From the NCBI RefSeq assembly GCF_964355755.1, contig NC_092677.1, forward strand, positions 9,818,101 through 9,882,100: a stretch of 64,000 bases of DNA, read 5' to 3'. Numbering within the stretch: the first letter of the stretch is position 1; every line of letters starts with the position of its first letter. Shown one piece after another: positions 26,533 through 39,308 of the stretch. Source of the DNA: Antedon mediterranea. Its lineage: Eukaryota; Animalia; Echinodermata. Under the pieces are notes generated by a model that saw only the letters and a program-made list of their open reading frames with translations, did no database searches and was not told the DNA's origin. The translations under genes were made by a program, and so were the position numbers.

Positions 26533-28820
26533 GAATTTTATAGTTTTATCTAAATTTTAATAGAATCCATGTATTATTCATTTTATGTAAGTATTTCGAT
26601 GTGGAGAGCCTCTCGACGGTTATTTTTATTTGTAACTTTTAGGTTATCCGGCCTCATTGACTTACTTTTGTATTGTTTTTTTGTACTGTTCTGTATATTG
26701 GCGAAATAAATGATATGATATATGATTAATTCTTCCTCCATTCAATAGAGTAGTAGTACTGTATTATTTTTCTGTCTTCCATTTATTCAACCTTTGGCCA
26801 TACATTCATTTCCTTTTAAAAGAGCTTTTTTTTCATAACATCCTGCCAGTCAATCAATTGTCATTAAGCGTCAATCATTTCCATCTCTATCTCTGCACCT
26901 GTCGTATCTTACTCATCGATTACCTTAATGTTATTTACATTATAAACGTTAATACTATTTTTTTCAGTATAAAAAACCTATAATTAACGATGTATCATCA
27001 TCTCTGTTTGAACTACTGTATAGTACATACAACAGTGAGGTTTCGATTGATTGAATTAGGTATAAAAATATCAATCAGTATCTTTGTTGATGTGATCGTT
27101 TGAATTTTGAAAATAAGAATTGAACTTCAATTTTAAAAATATATAATTTATTTTTATTATGAATTTTATTATTTCTCAAAGAACTGTGTTCTAGAAATAT
27201 ACAGGCCGGAATATATATTATTATCATACCGTTATTGTTTTCTGTCCAAATGTTCCATAAATGACACCTTCTGTATTTATTTATTGTTGTCACCAAATAC
27301 TTATAGTTCATATCTATTTGCCTTTAAAAACTTGTGTTAAATGATTTAAGTGCAAAGATTGCAATGTCTAACCATTTAAAAATGAATATTCACTCTAAGT
27401 TGAAGACTATTTTTGTTTTCCATGTTGTTGTTGCTGTTGTTTAATACACTAGGCCTACAGTTTTCTATTTACAGTTTTTGGAGAACTCAAAGACCCAAAT
27501 GAGGTGCATATGGGTACAAGACTTTATAACAGTGTGGTATCTAGTGTCATAAATATTATACAAATTGTATTTCAAGAGTATTATTATATTTAACTAGCGG
27601 CTATTTTTAGCATAGCAAGAATTTTTTAGCAGATTTTTCACAATGGATTTGGCGAGACAGAAATTATGCAAAACAATACAACTGTATTCATATCACGAAC
27701 AGTGTAAAAAAAATGTTACAATATAATTAAATAAATTTTAAATTTACTACACACACAGAATGTGGCGCCAACTCATTCCATATTGTCCTACTCAAGCCTA
27801 ATTATAAAAAGCTGTAAACTTAACAATAAAATTAATGATAACAAAAATTAAATTAAAATTGTGAATTTTTTTAATTATATCTGAATGTAACATATTTGAG
27901 TGGATGTTAATCATGTGTTGTCATTGGTCAAAAGTTATGACATTTGACCTTCTAACACAGTGGTTGAAGCTGTTTTTTTATCATAAAATTCAAATAAAAA
28001 GATATGTCTTCTGAAGTTAAAACATTGCAGTTTGAATGTTATACTGCATGCCATTATTGTCAAGGAACATTATGCTTAGTATTGATATTAATAAAAGATT
28101 TAGGTTTAATGAATTTTATTGCAGTTGAAATGGAACGGTTTACTTGCACTGCTTTTAGATTTCATCAAAATAATCGAACAACCTCAGTTACTAACACAAA
28201 CGCACACAGTTGCTAGACGAAAAAAAAAACCCAAAGAAATATATACTTGTTTTTGATCATGTACCTTCTTTGTGCAAGTTGGGTTTGAAACCACCAAGCT
28301 TTTTTCTTTCTCTAATTATTACCAGTTTAGTTTTAATTCTTTTTAAAAAAATGGCAGAATTTCTATTTTTAATTGTTTGTATTGAAGTGTTTAGTAGTTA
28401 TTATTTAGTTGTTATTATTAGTGATTAATTCTAACTGGTACTTCAGATATGAAATTAAATTGACATTCAGTACAATGTATTGTTTTCTCAAAAACTAAAA
28501 ATAACTTGTGCCAAATTGAACCAATTAAATTTGGCTTATCTAATAAAGTGAAAACATTGTTCCTTCCTCAACTTGTCTGCATGTGTTGGATATTGTATAA
28601 AATATTACAAAACCCTTTCATTTGTTCTGAATCGGCTACTTAATTTCAGACACCATGCTTGTGGCAGATTTATGCTTTTGAATTGAGAAGAAACTTTTGA
28701 TGAGGGAGAAGTGGGGTTACTCTAAAGCTCTTTCTACACTAAAAAACAGTATTTATTTCAAATGATTGTTTTAAATGGCATTTTCAAAGTAATAGTTAAA
28801 ACCACATACCTGGGTAACAT

Positions 28821-29123
28821 AGAGACCGTTCGGACGGAAAAAATTTACACGTGTAATGGTCGCGTGTGGTGTAAATTTTGAGATAAACTAACTGTTTAAA
28901 AAATCCACCTCATGAGGTGGATTTTTCAAATACACCTTAAACCGCAAGCTGATTAACCGCAAGATAAGGAGCAATTTGACCATAATAGTGTAAAGAGATG
29001 CATGAAACCCTGCTGGGTATTTTTTTTTGTTAGTTTACACGTGTAACTGTTCATCGTCCGAACGATCACTGATTACACATGTAAAGTTACACATGTAACT
29101 GATTTTACGTCCGAACACAGCCT
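28821..29123. mobile_element. Palindrome-rich MITE (Harbinger-like end)
   Basis: Inverted GTTCGGACG..TTACACGTGTAA / TTACACGTGTAA..CGTCCGAAC; perfect 28-bp palindrome 28899-28926; second CGTCCGAACACAGCCT end. Confidence 0.65.
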
Positions 29124-30002
29124 TAGCTGAATTGCAGTTGATATAAACATTTTTATTCCTTTATTTGAAAAAAATATGTGGTTAATTAATATATATGCAT
29201 CAAGAACTGACCTTAAACCTCTGAGATGTAGCTCTGTTGGTTTAGACACCACCTCCCCAACCATACTATATAAAATAATACTACAGCATATTTTCTACTA
29301 GTAGATTTAGTTATTCATATTATTTACATGGTCTATGTAGAAAGTTACATTATTAATGATGCACTTTTACTATTTCTGAAGCTGTGATACTGATCCCATT
29401 TAAGTCATTATTTAATCATGTTAACAAGAACCCACTGTAGGAGTCAATTCCGAGTCTAATAAATTTAATTACGCCATTTTATTTATTCATGAATATTGCA
29501 GCAGCAGGAATAGTACAGCATAATCCACATACATCAGCTGAAACTTTTCAGATAACTGGACCCCAAGAGTTTTGACTCATTCAATCATTTCTTGCTGAAT
29601 AAACCTTAATTTTGTTGCAGCGATGCTAGAAGCTTGTCTTCCTGAATTTGATAAAGATTAACCAGCCTATAAAGGAATGTTCTAGGGCATAACGCAAGCA
29701 GATGTTGTCTAATTCAACATAATTGTTTCAAGCAGTGAAATCATTCCCTTGTTTCAATCAAACTATAAGCTTTCCGCTTCAAAAATTAAATCATGTTTAC
29801 TATTAATATTAGACGACTACTCAAGAATTTTAATTTTCGAGTTGTCTAGTTAGCAGTTGACATTAGTTGATTTCTTATCTCTGCAGAGATCCTTCTGTTG
29901 CAGTTGCATCATCACATATCTTTTTTTCTTGTCAACTCATGGACAGATTTCAGTTTTGTTGAATTTGGATTCTCGTCTTTTTGTCGCTTGCAAAACGTTT
30001 TA

Positions 30003-30157
30003 AGCTCTGTTTCCACTACCAAACTTTATGTGAATTGTGATGTGCTCATATATGGACATGATAATGTCATATTACTACTATATTGGGGTATATCACTACC
30101 ATATTTGGGCACATCACACTTTGTTTGTCAAAATAGTTTGATAAAGTAGACAGAGCT
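30003..30157. mobile_element. ~150-bp MITE family, full-length copy with TTA TSD (PIF/Harbinger, Tourist-like)
   Basis: TTA|AGCTCTGT...ACAGAGCT|TTA. Confidence 0.9.
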
Positions 30158-30507
30158 TTAGATTTGTTTTGCTGAACATGTTTCTTCTTCCAACAATTAG
30201 CAACTTCTTTACTTTTTATGTGATTGTTCAACTCTTGTAAACTGACTGCAATAGAGAATTAAGATTTTAGTTTTCTTTCTGTTGTGCGGTCTTTGTCTGA
30301 TTCATATGTTTTTCTTGTCAAACTTATGGAACTGATTTCTGCATTATTGCATGTCTCATGTCCAAGTTTCTAATTGTGTTTAAAAAAAATCTGTATTTAG
30401 TTTTTCACTACTGTAGTCAGTTTTAATCATTTGAGAACTTTATTTTTATTAAAAATATATTTGTTATTACATGGTTCTGTCAGTCTATTCTCGGTACTGA
30501 TGTTTTG

Positions 30508-30628
30508 CAAATTCTGTAAATACAGTTACACATGTATCACATGTGATGCTTGATCAGGTCATAAACCTAATCCGAACATAACACAGATATCATATGTGAT
30601 ATACGTGACACTGTATTACAGAATTTTG
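30508..30628. mobile_element. Small foldback MITE (TIR AAATTCTGTA)
   Basis: CAAATTCTGTAAATACAGT...ACTGTATTACAGAATTTTG; a shorter relative lies at 35749-35826. Confidence 0.7.
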
Positions 30629-31246
30629 AATACGAGACTGGACAGCAATATGTGGAGATACAGAAAATCGAGTGGTTTTTATTTAAGAATTTTTTAGGGC
30701 AGAGGACATAGTCCTTAGAGACTAGGCTCCACATAACCTTATTTGTGCCTAAAAAACACATTTTTATTGGGCCTGTCAAATACAATTAGTAGTAATACTT
30801 TCAGTGCCAGTTCTGGTCCAGTTGGGGAAAAAAATCATGATAAGTAAACAAATCATCCTAGGTACCGTTTAGTAATTTAATCATACGTGCCTGGAAATTG
30901 GCTGGCATAACGATTAGTAGACGATATCTGTCATTATTAATTTTGATGGCTGTTAGGAAAAAACCAAGCAGAACCCGCCAAAATGACATGTCGTGACTAC
31001 ATTTGGTTACAATTAGTTGTTGAAACTGCTTAGTCATGGCTGCGTTGAACATGTCTGTCGTCCTTAAACTCCTGTGCAGTTGATGGATAAGATCCTGAGT
31101 TTCTTAACAGAGATTTACATGAGGATTACGCGCCCTTTTAATTTGCAGTGACTACCATTATAAGTAGAACATTGAGTGATGATAATCAATTTTAATGATA
31201 AGTTAGGAAGACTGTAAGATCTTCCTTCCTGGATAGTTCAATTTTA

Positions 31247-31419
31247 AGCTCTGCCTACCCTATCAAACTAGTTTTAAAAAAAGTGTAATGTGCCCAAATA
31301 TGGTAGTGATATTCCTAAATATGGTAATGATATGGCATCATCATGTCCATATATAGGCACAGCACATCACATTTTTTTTGTCACATAAAGTTTGTATCTT
31401 GTATAGTGTAGAAAAGGCT
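31247..31419. mobile_element. ~150-bp MITE family, copy with TTA TSD (opposite orientation to 30003)
   Basis: TTA|AGCTCTGCCTAC...GTAGAAAAGGCT|TTA. Confidence 0.85.
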
Positions 31420-32448
31420 TTATAGATCCAAAAAGCAGTGATTTAAACAACAATGTTTTATCTGGTGATGTCTTGGTGTTTATTCACTTATTTTGTCTAA
31501 AAAATTTTAAATAACATTTACAATCAAGACAATTGTACGCTTCACTACAGTTACAACCTAGAAATTATTTTCAATATTTGACCTTATATTATGGGTCATG
31601 AAATATGATATACTGTATATAGTGCATTATCCACTAAACAAGAAATATAATATTGAAATATGGAATGTTGAATAAGGGATTTGATTATCTCCATTTCTGC
31701 TGCATTCATATGGAATAAAAATTCTTATACTGTATGGTTTCAGCTGTAGTGGATTTTATTCTATACTCCATTATTTCATATTTTGTTTATTATTTAGTAA
31801 CTAATATTTGTTATAATTAAATAAATAAAATCACTGAATTATACACGTCGTTATGATTATTATTACAAATTCACGATTCACTGAATAAAGTTCACAAAGT
31901 AAAAATAAAAACAACTATTAGCTATGTCCAGTTTCTATTGTCGAATTCAGGCCAATTGCAGGGTTCAGAGTCATTGCTGTCTTTCATGCCTTACATCCAC
32001 AGCAGATGCGATTTATATTCCAATCGGATTGTCAGAAGCAATATCGTTTCTTGTCCATCACCAATCATGATGACATAAGTGAATCGCTAGTTTAGAAACG
32101 AAATCGAATTGAAGATGATTGGTCGTAGTTTACTGAGCACATTGGAACGAGACTCAAATGAAATGTTAATCCCATCAGTAGTAATAAAATAAAAGTAGGC
32201 TATCCTCAAACGACACAGATCGCTCTGTCATATCATCCGACGCACACTTGTTCAAATATGTGTTTCATTTAGTTTAATTTCCATCAAAAGAATTGCCCAT
32301 GTTCTTTGTGTACACTCACTACTCACTCACTTTGTTTCCACTTTGCTGTCCTAGTTTAGTTTTGTAAAACTGCTGTGTAGAACTTTGCCGTGGGCAAGCG
32401 TCTCACTGGCACTTTAGTTGCACACTATAGGTCTAACATCTTTTAAAA

Positions 32449-32492
32449 AGCCTTGTCTACACTAGCAAACTTTATATGACAAACAAATTTGA

Positions 32493-32523
<31 letters not shown>

Positions 32524-32697
32524 TTTACTTTATCGTTCTGATTTAGCTTTTCGCTTTTTTTCAGTATCTCCATTGAGATCCAACCACTGATACCCACAGC
32601 ATTGTCATTTGTTCAGTAATTTGCCTTTGGATTTATATATACATAGACATGATGTCATATAATATTTTTGAAAACATCACACTTTTCTTAGAAGCTT
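32449..32697. mobile_element. ~150-bp MITE family copy interrupted by (TA)n expansion and a ~110-bp insert
   Basis: Left half AGCCTTGTCTACACTAGCAAACTTTAT; right half GACATGATGTCATAT..ACATCACACTTTT resumes after ~32633. Confidence 0.7.
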
Positions 32698-34292
32698 AAG
32701 AGTTTGTCCAAAAAATGTCATAAAGGAGGCCTTCACTTCAGGAAAAAGGTTTGTACCTTATGTGGCTAAAGTTTTTCTCTTATTACTTACATATAATGTT
32801 ATTCTTGTTACAAACATTACAAATATATTTGTTGCATTAAGTTTAATACACAACTGAAAATTCCACAAAACTAAAGGCTCTTAATATCAAAAACATAATT
32901 TATTCCATGTGACATTATCGTTTGAATTTGTTTGTGCATTCTCAGATCCAACCAATCCACATTGATTATATTTACACTTATTCATGTATTATCCAATCAT
33001 CTTTCTGTTTGTTGTTAGGCTCTGTACACCTGTTGACGTGTATCATAACGAGGATTGGCATTTTAATGTAAAATCTAGATATCGTAGTCCGTTGAGCCAC
33101 AACGTTGTAACATATGTTTCTAGCTAGTCACTCTCCGTAGCCATATTTGGGTATCAGCTGGCAAATCCTATAGAGAAATAGGATGACAGTTGCCTTAACT
33201 TTTCAACATAATAAAGTAGAGAGTAGGTAGAAAATAGAAACATGTTTTTGAGTACGTTTAATGTAAGAAATATTTTGCAAAGCTTCTCTTAGAATGCTAA
33301 AACCGTCACTCAGGTGTGTTAAAAATTAGCAATCTTGCAGACTTATTCAAACGCAACGGTGACATGCTAAAAAACACATATTAGAAAGCAACTCGCACAA
33401 ACTTATTTGTAAGGTTTGGGCAACACCCTAAAAGAAGATTTAGCCCTATAAGATTTTATTTATGCAAATTTACAAAGTACGCTGACAATTATCAGTATAT
33501 TCTATTTGTTCTAAGTTGTTTGTACTTTCTTTTCCAGTGTTTTCCTTTGGCATTCCCTTTGTCCTGTTATACGCTTAGCAACTTAATTTAAAATATTACA
33601 ATTACATAATTACAAACATAAGAAAAAAGTAGTATACCTTCAAAGAAGAAAATAAATGCTTAAATTGATTGAAATTAAAATGTATTATTGCAAATACTGA
33701 TGTCAGTACAATCAATAATATTATTAATAAATAATAATATACACACATGATTGTCTGATGTAAATGGGAGATTAGTCTTCATCAAAATGTTAGTCATTTT
33801 CATGGAAAATCTTCTTGTATTGACTGACGCATTATATTTCAGTCCTTGGTATAAAAAAACACACACTCTCAAAAAGTGTTTTCTTTTTTTTTTCTTGTAT
33901 TTAAATTAATTGTAAATCTTTTTACTGCATAAGTTATGAAGTGAAAAGATCATAATTTCCAATCGTTCCTTTTGTACATTATTACAAAACCAATCCTATG
34001 GTTAAATCATTCATATGTTTATTCGATTCCAATACAGGATTCTAAATTTCAAAATGAGAAAGGCATCAGTGTAATGAAAAAACAGGGCAGCAAAAAGCTG
34101 CATAAATATTTTCCTACCTTCTGGCTCTCTATCCTTTTCCTCTTAGTTAATCATTTATTATGTTAGATGGGGCTAGATATTCCTTTACCTGCTGTAATAA
34201 CATTGTATCACCAATCCATAGGCTTGGCAGCTGATGTAATGAAGACATGATCTTATCTTAGATAATGGATAATGATATCCTGGACATGAGGC

Positions 34293-34520
34293 GTGTGGCA
34301 CAGTGGTAAAGCAATACTGAGGTCAGTAGTTCAAATCTCTATTGCGTAGTTATATCACTCTGTCAAGACAATATAGTTCAATTAATTCTACATAGGAGTG
34401 TAATAGGCATAATTTGATGTTGAACATAGGACATGTGGCACAGTGGTAAAGCACTACCGAGTCAGTAATTCTATTGCGTAGTTATATCACTCTGTCAAGA
34501 CAATATAGTTCAATTCTACA
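34293..34520 (+). mobile_element. Tandemly duplicated degenerate tRNA-derived SINE head
   Basis: A-box TGGCACAGTGG and B-box-like GTTCAAATC in the first copy; ~140-bp duplication whose second copy lacks the B box. Confidence 0.55.
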
Positions 34521-35748
34521 TATAGAATATAATATGAATATAAATTGATGTTATTGAGTTATCACTGAGCAAAACCATAGAATTATCACACGAGTTAAAC
34601 CAAAGACTCCAAGATTGGTAAAACAAGACAACCAACATGCCACAGTGCCACTGACATTAATGAAATGTTATTTAAAAATAATTATTAAAATTTTAAAAAT
34701 CGTTGGTTCTCAATTATTTGTTGATGGCAAAGCTAATTAGCTTTGGGGTTAAAATTCCTGGGTTAATTCAACATCTAATAACTCAACCCAAAGGATGTGC
34801 TTGTAATTGTTTAACGCACATTTAAGTGTCTTTTGATGATGTCTTGGTCGTTACAAACACATTCAAACGTCATACCCCACGCCAAAGATGCTAGATATCC
34901 ATTCAAAGCATACAAGATTTACCTGATGACGATTAACATTTAACGAGAGTTTCATTCAATCCTGTTCGCTCGTCTCATAACAAAGCTTATCGGCACACCT
35001 GTCGTATTTCTCATTATATACGCACACATTTCATTAATTAAAAAAGAGATATAACACATTAGTTTGCGGACAACCAGCTGCTGTTTTTACTATTTCTCAT
35101 TATGCGAGTAAACGAGCTGCTCTTTCTATCGGTGTTTAGTTGTACTGTTTTGTGACTGTTCCATTTTTTATACGTCATATATCACGTACCTAGGGAATAA
35201 GGATTTAAAATGTTGACTATGCTTTTCTGCTATCTATTGAAATTTAAAAAGAATATTGAATTTTGTTCATGGTTAGAATAGAATACATATTTGAATATTT
35301 TAAATACTTATTCTTCACATACAGTATTCTTAATTATGAATATTCATGAATAAAGTTCGATTATCAATATTTAACTAAAAGTTTTATATTCATCATTATA
35401 TTGTACACTACTTAAAAAACACATAATGTTAAAACATTATTCAATCTTATTTTGGCGTTTCTCATTTTCTACCAACATTGTGAAGGCTTAAAAAATTGTA
35501 TATTTGTTCCATATTATAATACTAGAAAATGTTTCACTCATATTCGATTATGCTACACAAATTCGCAGTATACTACTACTACGCACTGTATAATTTAGTT
35601 TTATTCATCTTAATTTTCATAAAAATATATTGAGAAAAGAAATAAAAAAAACATTAACATATTTTTTATCATAACAATTAACAGGCATAGAATAAATTCT
35701 AAACCGTCCAGTGCTATACTGAAAACTCATTATATAAAGTTTCATACT

Positions 35749-35826
35749 CAAATTCTGTATTACACGCATGTATCACATGTGATGCTTGTATCATGTGCCA
35801 CATGTGATACTGTATTACAGAATTTG
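35749..35826. mobile_element. Small foldback MITE, deleted relative of 30508-30628
   Basis: CAAATTCTGTA...TACAGAATTTG with shared CATGTATCACATGTGATGCTTG. Confidence 0.7.
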
Positions 35827-36407
35827 CCTATGATATATCATGTGGGTACTATATATAGTACAGTTCTCTTTTGCATTTCCTTTACGATATTAATAGGTCT
35901 CTTTTTCGTATCCATTTATCTTTCTGCTATAATTATATTCAGCAGTTGCATATATTTGAAAATTGTAATAAAAATTTTACAGTACCTTGTCTACATTTGA
36001 TGAGAGAATTGAAGATGATGATGGAATAACCAATAATCAAATAAAATAAATGAACAAAAGTGTAATTATTATACAGAATTAACAGGTGGTCGTAAGTAGG
36101 CAATAACACTTCCTAGTTTGTCTTTTCTAACAAATAAAATAAAAGTGAAAACCATTCTAGAAAATGTACAAGTAGCTACAGAGACAACAATTAGATATGC
36201 CAATGTATCAAGTATGGAGTTCTATTGTATGGTGTGCCATAAGGTGTGGGGTATCTGTATGTGATGGGAGCCATTGTATCAAGTATTGGGCGTGGGGTAT
36301 CTGTATAATGTCATGGGAGCCATTATATCAAGTATTGGGCGTGGGGGATGGTGTAGGCCATTGTTTTAATCATGGGGATGCCATTATCTTTATCAAATAA
36401 CAATGGA

Positions 36408-37838
36408 TGCCATTGCATCAAGTTTGAGGGTGCCATTGCATCAAGTTAAAGGGTGCCATTGTATCAAGTTTGAGGTTGCCATTGTATCAAGTATTGGGGT
36501 TGCCATTGCATCAAATTTGAGGGTGCCATTGTATCAATTCTGAGGGTGCCATTGCATCAAGTTAGAGGGTGCCATTGCATCAAGTTAGAGGGTGCCATTG
36601 CATCAAGTTTGAGGGTGTTATTGCATCAAGTTTGAGGGTGCCATTGCGTCAAGTTAAAGGGTGCCATTGTATCATGTATTAGGGGTGCCTTTGTATCAAG
36701 TCTGAGGGTGCCATTGCATCAAGTCTGAGGGTGCCATTGTATCAAGTTTGAGGGTGCCATTGCATCAAGTTTGAGGGTGCCATTGCATCAAGTATTGTGG
36801 GTGCCATTGCATCAAGTATTGTGGGTGCCATTGCATCAAGTTTGAGGGTGCCATTGCATCAAGTTTGAGGGTGCCATTGCATCAAGTTTGAGGGTGCCAT
36901 TGCATCAAGGTTGAGGGTGCTATTGCATCAAGTATTGTAGGTGCCATTGTATCAAGTTAAAGGGTGCCATTGCATCAAGTTTGAGGGTGCCATTGCATCA
37001 AGTTTGAGGGTGCCATTGCATCAAGTTTGAGGGTGCTATTGCATCAAGTATTGTGGGTGCCATTGTATCAAGTTAAAGGGTGCCATTGTATCAAGTTAAA
37101 GGGTGCCATTGCATCAAGTTTGAGGGTGCCATTGCATCAAGTATTGTGGGTGCCATTGTATCAAGTTAAAGGGTGCCATTGCATCAAGTTTGAGGGTGCC
37201 ATTGCATCAAGTTTGAGGGTGCCATTGCATCAAGTTTGAGGGTGCCATTGCATCAAGTTTGAGGGTGCCATTGCATCAAGTATTGTGGGTGCCATTGCAT
37301 CAAGTATTGTGGGTGCCATTGCATCAGGTTTGAGGGTGCCATTGCATCAAGTTTGAGGGTGCCATTGCATCAAGTTTGAGGGTGCCATTGCATCAAGTTT
37401 GAGGGTGCTATTGCATCAAGTATTGTGGGTGCCATTGTATCAAGTTAAAGGGTGCCATTGCATCAAGTTTGAGGGTGCCATTGCATCAAGTTTGAGGGTG
37501 TTATTGCATCAAGTTTGAGGGTGCCATTGCATCAAGTTTGAGGGTGCCATTGCATCAAGTTTGAGGGTGCTATTGCATCAAGTATTGTGGGTGCCATTGT
37601 ATCAAGTTAAAGGGTGCCATTGCATCAAGTTTGAGGGTGCCATTGCATCAAGTTTGAGGGTGCCATTGCATCAAGTTTGAGGGTGCTATTGCATCAAGTA
37701 TTGTGGGTGCCATTGTATCAAGTTAAAGGGTGCCATTGCATCAAGTTTGAAGGTGCCATTGCATCAAGTTTGAGGGTGTTATTGCATCAAGTATGGGGGT
37801 GCCACTGTATCGGTATGGGGTGCCATTTTATCAAGTAT
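36408..37838. repeat. 23/24-bp minisatellite (GTGCCATTGCATCAAGTTTGAGG) x~60, with degenerate units back to ~36200
   Basis: Direct tandem units with three recurring variants (TTTGAGG, TTAAAGG, TATTGTGG). Confidence 0.97.
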
Positions 37839-39154
37839 AGGGTTATAATGGATTAACATACTGTACTATGCTTCTTCAAGAAAGCCAATAACCTATTTCA
37901 TTTATAGATCAATGTACTTCTGTAACTGGTCTGGTAACAATATTTAGAATTCTGTTTCTTTAAGTTCAATATCCGATCATAACCCACTGTAATATTTTAT
38001 TTCCTAAATGGGTTAGGTCATGTAGGTATAATTTAGTTATTGTTTACAGCTTTAGGTAGCTTGTTATGAACTTGTTCAATTTGTTTTAAAAAAGATAAAA
38101 TATGACATTGATATACTGGGTAATTAGTCTAGACAACCCAATTAGAGATGGCCACCTGTGGTACAAGATAGATGTGATTTATTACTATCAGGTGTTGTTT
38201 GGGGGTTGGTGGTGGGAGTGCTTGGAAAAGGTCTGTTTAAATCATAAAGCATTAAGAGCAGAATAACTGATTAATAACCCCAATTTCTTGGCAGATGAAA
38301 CGGGAAAAATAAACTTTTTAAATGACATTTTCAAAATGTTGGTCGCCACTTAAACCGATTATCGCTGTGCAACTTTTAGCTGAAATAACGTTTTAGTATT
38401 ATATATATTTCCATTCAGAAAGCATTATCATCAAAGAAGCTTTGTCATTTGCATTGTGCATATGCAAGAAAATGCTGAGTAAAATGTTGAGGTGCACAAA
38501 TATGTTTTCCTTTAAAAAAAGAACATCAAGCTGGCCAGTGGCAACATCCTTAGAGAGAGTACACCCAGGTTCTCAGCATGTGAACAGAAATAGACATATG
38601 TTATCAATTTTTCTATTACCTTGAGATTGTGCAGGGGTAATAAAACGATTGACTAATGTCTGCAGTGTATACAATGTTTGATGGTATCCAGATGTTGTAG
38701 CTATCTTCTGAAGCGAAAACAAGCTGTATTTCATAAGTTTGAGAAAGTGGCTTGACACCAAAATAATCTATTGTGGAACTGTTGTAAACTTGATGGGTAA
38801 AATGGGCTGCCTTCCAATTCTTGGGGCATAGGTTCAAATCATGTCTTAAGTTCAGTTCTCCCACTGCCATACTAGCTTAAGTCATTCTGAAACTGGTTCA
38901 TCTTCTTTTAATCTTTCCACTAAGGGGAAATTACGCTTTACTCCATTTTTTCTTTTTTGGCTGTTCCCGGCTTAAACCCGTTCAAGATGATTTTGGATTA
39001 TTACTTTTCTTGTTTTCCATGGTCTACTGCTTTCTTCCCACTATTTCCAGATTTGTATCTATCATTGTATCTGTATCCATTTATCCTTAATTTTAGTAGT
39101 ACAAACCACTGCAATTTGCCAATTTGCTTTTTTTTTAAATTGTGTCAATACCTA

Positions 39155-39308
39155 AGCTTTGTATTTGTCTGCTTTATGTGACAAAAAAATGTGGTGTGCC
39201 CATATATGGACAAGATGATGTCTCATCAATACTATAAGCATATCACTACCATGTTTGGGCACATCACACTTTTTTTGTCACATAAAGTTTGATAATGTAA
39301 ACACTGCT
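39155..39308. mobile_element. ~150-bp MITE family, diverged copy
   Basis: TTTATGTGACAAAAAAATGTGGTGTGCCCATATATGGAC...TGGGCACATCACACTTTTTTTGTCACATAAAGTTTGAT. Confidence 0.85.

Noticed and set aside
34293-34345. Functional tRNA gene
   Set aside because: A/B-box-like motifs only; anticodon arm region too short and no complete cloverleaf.
36408-37838. Possible CRISPR-like array (constant core with variable short segments)
   Set aside because: The variable parts are 7-9 bp with only three recurring variants, not unique spacers; no cas genes; eukaryotic context.
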